A stretch of 64,000 nucleotides of DNA, taken from positions 166,160,001-166,224,000 of the forward strand of contig OZ024740.1 in the NCBI GenBank assembly GCA_964016885.1, read 5' to 3'. Made by a program: the position numbers and the translations under genes. Under the pieces are notes generated by a model. The model saw only the letters and a list, made by a program, of their open reading frames with translations, ran no database searches and was not told the DNA's origin. Numbering within the stretch: position 1 is the stretch's first letter; every line of letters begins with the position of its first letter. Source of the DNA: Eledone cirrhosa (Eukaryota). This document shows positions 60,430-64,000 of this stretch, one piece after another.

Positions 60430-60854
60430 GGTGTTGGATGCTTAAAGCGTCCGTTTGCGGTAGGCCGTTTGAGCACTCGATGCTCTCACAGAGCAGAGTA
60501 TGATATCACAGAAAAAAAGAGAATCAGTGTTGCGACGAATGGAATTTATTGGACATATTACAATCGTTTATCTGGAGACCAGCTCGAGGCACGATCGATG
60601 TGGTGTTCGAATCTGACTCTGACTCAGATACGTCTTGATTCTACGAAGCAGATTTTCCTAATGTCCTTATACATCGATATCCTTCGCTGACAGGCGATGT
60701 AAAAGGACATTAGGAAAATCTGCTTCGTAGAATCAATACGTATCTGAGGACCTTGCGATTTTGAGAGTCAGGTTCGATCATCACATCGATCGTGCCTCGA
60801 GCTGGTCCAATAAACTCCGTTCGTCGCAACTCTGATTCTGTGTTTTTCTGTGAT
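60427..60854. mobile_element. Inverted pLTR element, family C
   Basis: About 60504-60677 pairs with 60695-60854. Tail 60427-60500. CUGAGGA core in the plus arm, whose GAAA/GUA half is deleted. Confidence 0.85.
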
Positions 60855-61944
60855 ATATATATATATATATATATATATGGAAAGTTATATTTAAATTGTT
60901 GGGTTACAGCTAGTAAATATTTATAACTGATATAAAAGCACTCAACAAGTATTTGGAGTATATTTACGATATTAAATAAATGGAAACTATATTTATAAAA
61001 CCATATTTATTTCATTATATATATTTCAGGGATATCATATTAACAATATGTTATGCCTTCCTCAGACAAAATAACATATAGACAGTTTTATAGATAAATA
61101 GATTTGACATACCGTTCAACATCGACTTGTATTTGAAAAAGTTGATTTGGCAGTGAAAAATTGTAAACAGAAAGAAAGAAAGAGAGAAAGAAGGAAAGAA
61201 AGAAAAGAAAGAAAGAAAACGAAGAAAAAGAAGAAAAAGAAGAAATGCATGCAACAAAATAGAGAGATGGAAAGATAGATAAAGAGAAGAACTTCATGTA
61301 AAGAAACAGAGAGAGATATAGATAGAGATATATATAGAGAGAGGAAATAGATAGAGATAGATATATATAGAGAAAAGTAGGTAGTTGGACATCCGTTGAA
61401 TAAACGTATCAATGATACATTTATTTATTTATTTATTTATTTATTTAGCTCTAGTATTAATGTAAGGGAGATATATGTGGTTAGGAGAGAAACCAGCTGT
61501 TATATAGAGAGAAAAATGAAAAGTAACCAGACATAGGCGAGGCATAAAAACCCTATGTTTTAATTTAGAAGTATTAGTATGTATAAAAACCAGGCACTAT
61601 AATGTAAATATCAGTATTCCTGAATGAGACACGTATCCATAATGTGTGAAAAGTAATGATCTTATGTTTAATTTTTAAAATGCATATGTTTATATGATAA
61701 CTACAAACATCGATGTGAATTTACGTGATCAACTCTGCAAACCCCTATTTCACACGGAGAACATTCTCATTGTGCTATAAAAATTTAAGTATACATATAT
61801 GTGTATATATATACACATATATATAGAGTCTATATTCATTTTAACAATACTATTCTTGTCTTTACTCTACATGATTATCTATCAAGCAGAAATAGAGAAC
61901 AGATTTCAATATATTAATAAAAAATATCAGAAACAAAAACAAAA

Positions 61945-61995
<51 letters not shown>

Positions 61996-62434
61996 TAATA
62001 AAATAGAAAACTAAAAAATATTACAAAAAAAATATTACATATTAAAAATAAAAATATTAGAAAATACTACAATAATAAAAATAAACCACAAAGATCAACC
62101 CTTCAAAATTAATTGACAATATATTGCCAAGTTCATTATAAGCATCAGAGTCGAAAACAGATGAAGCTAAAAATTATTTATCAAATCGCGTCTAGCAAAA
62201 ATCATTTCAAAAAGTTTAGGATGCCCATTTGGTCTACATGTGTTCTTATATTTAATATAGAAGTTTATCTAGTGTAACGTTTATTCGAAATATTTGGAGC
62301 ATCAACTTTTAGGGTAGTTTAATTTTTCATGAAGAATGTTTAAATAAAAATAAAAATAAAAAGAAGAATAAAAAGAAGAAATCGAAAGATTTATCGGCTA
62401 GTTTCCCAAATAATTATAAATCAAACTAAATATA

Positions 62435-64000
62435 CTACATTTTAAATTTAAATTTATATTTAAAAGTTGAGTTTAATCTATGTTTGCAGCAACTGAATAA
62501 ATTTGTCCGTAGATTAAGGGAATTTTTAGATTTTAGTATAAAGAATATCTCCTCTGCGCAGAGGTCACATGTCTCAGAGGATGAATTAAAAGGAATCCCT
62601 CTTGAGACTATATTCCAAGCCGTCGAATATCTAACGTTATCTAGCTTAAGTTGCCAGAGTACGCCTGATAGTGCTGTTGAAGATTTTTTACTTGGATCTG
62701 TGAAAGAATTCTTGTGGTTATTATAGCGAAGTTTAAATTCCGTCGATGTGGAACCGACGTAGTTAAAAGAATTAGAGTCAGTTTTAACATTACAATTGTA
62801 TATTATATTTTTAACTAAGCAGTTGTTATTTAACGGACATTTAGATCTATCTCTACAGTTACATTTGTTAACTTGTATATTATTTATGCTATTATCACTA
62901 GGTTTTAAGTTCCTATTATTTATTCTATTAATATTTTGTGCTAAATTTTTGGTGGATGAGTAGGTTAATTTTATAGTATGTCTATTGAAAATTGAGTGAT
63001 ACCTATGTGTTCTAGGGAAGCGATTATCAAGAGCTTTAAAAAATAGTTTAGCGATGTGGGTTTTAATGTTTAGTGAGAAAGGGGGGGCAAACCAAATTAT
63101 GTTCCTAGTTCTACTTCTTTTTTGGCTTTTGGAATTATTGTAATGCTTTCTATTATAGTTGTTAAGGTTGTTGCCGTAATTAAAATAGTTGTTATTTTGT
63201 TTAGTTTGTCTATCATTATCTATGTACATAATCTTATCACTATAGCCTGCTCTAGCTAACGCTTCATTGTAGTACTGGGCTTTTTCGTCGAAAATCTTTC
63301 TATTAGACGAGATTCTAGAGATACGTTTTTGAACAGAGTTTACTATAGTGTTTTTGACAGATCTGGGGTGGTTAGAGTTAAAGCTGACATAGTTTAAGTT
63401 TTCATTCAACTTGTGAAAAGGATAGTGAAGACATGTGTTGAGATTTAATGTTATATCTAGGAAATTGACTATTCTATGGTTGTTCTCAATTTCTATTTTA
63501 AGATTAAAGTAATTAAAAAATTGTGTAATTTGTTTACTTTTTCTATTTAGTTCAGAGTTATTATTATCAATAAGTAAAAGCATGTCATCACTATATAAAC
63601 CTCCGGTAGTACCAGGTATTTTCCTATGTAGCGAATTGATTAAAAATAAGCCCACAAGGTCAGTTACCTGAGCTGAGTCGGATGATCCCATAGTAATGTC
63701 AAAATTGCTATCTCTATCTGCTCTGGTCCATAGTTGGTCATTAAATTCTATCAATGTTTTCCTAGCCGATAATATAATGTGCATTTCATTGCTAGTTAGG
63801 TCTGTATGTTTGAATGCGTAATTTAGTGCCTTATTTGGTAGATTAGGGGTAATAGAAGAATAATAGTTAGCAATATCAAGTTGAATAAACTTATTATTAT
63901 TGTTATATTTAATTTGCTTAAACCACTCAACAACCTCTCCAGTTCCCTTCCACAAGCTCAGGTTAGGTAAACAATCCAAGTTCTTAATTTGCTGTATCAC
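62435..64000 (-). CDS. PLE RT/GIY-YIG polyprotein, uninterrupted for 521 codons and open at the window edge
   Basis: FIQLDIANYYSSI, FDITMGSSDSAQVTDLVG, GGLYSDDML, NFLDITL, WFAPPFS, CNCR..CPLNNNC, IIYNC..YVGST..FKLRYNNH, CDLCAEE. Confidence 0.92.
   Translation of the reverse strand: MIQQIKNLDCLPNLSLWKGTGEVVEWFKQIKYNNNNKFIQLDIANYYSSITPNLPNKALNYAFKHTDLTSNEMHIILSARKTLIEFNDQLWTRADRDSNFDITMGSSDSAQVTDLVGLFLINSLHRKIPGTTGGLYSDDMLLLIDNNNSELNRKSKQITQFFNYFNLKIEIENNHRIVNFLDITLNLNTCLHYPFHKLNENLNYVSFNSNHPRSVKNTIVNSVQKRISRISSNRKIFDEKAQYYNEALARAGYSDKIMYIDNDRQTKQNNNYFNYGNNLNNYNRKHYNNSKSQKRSRTRNIIWFAPPFSLNIKTHIAKLFFKALDNRFPRTHRYHSIFNRHTIKLTYSSTKNLAQNINRINNRNLKPSDNSINNIQVNKCNCRDRSKCPLNNNCLVKNIIYNCNVKTDSNSFNYVGSTSTEFKLRYNNHKNSFTDPSKKSSTALSGVLWQLKLDNVRYSTAWNIVSRGIPFNSSSETCDLCAEEIFFILKSKNSLNLRTNLFSCCKHRLNSTFKYKFKFKM

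Overview
AT-rich animal genomic DNA with no confidently identifiable host gene. It is probably octopus/cephalopod, inferred from the tRNA-SINE type and the extreme (TA)n/(CA)n load. The window is almost entirely transposon-derived: many Penelope-like element (PLE) copies of at least three sequence types, a decayed CR1-group LINE, RTE relics, a tRNA-derived SINE family, a hAT relic, a MITE and Helitron-like ends. The main pattern is a set of hammerhead-ribozyme (HHR) elements that all insert into (TA)n. About 20 minimal type I HHR motifs can be read by eye. Two non-coding tandem HHR families look like retrozymes (one has a 480-nt monomer), and both carry an ATGCAAAT octamer about 85 nt upstream of the ribozyme. 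Insertions repeatedly show one arm ending in an extra tail and an inverted arm stopping at a fixed internal AT. Otherwise unrelated families share a hairpin in that tail (ACTC-stem-loop-NN-GAGTGCT). All folds and alignments were done by eye, coordinates are approximate, and no database search was possible.
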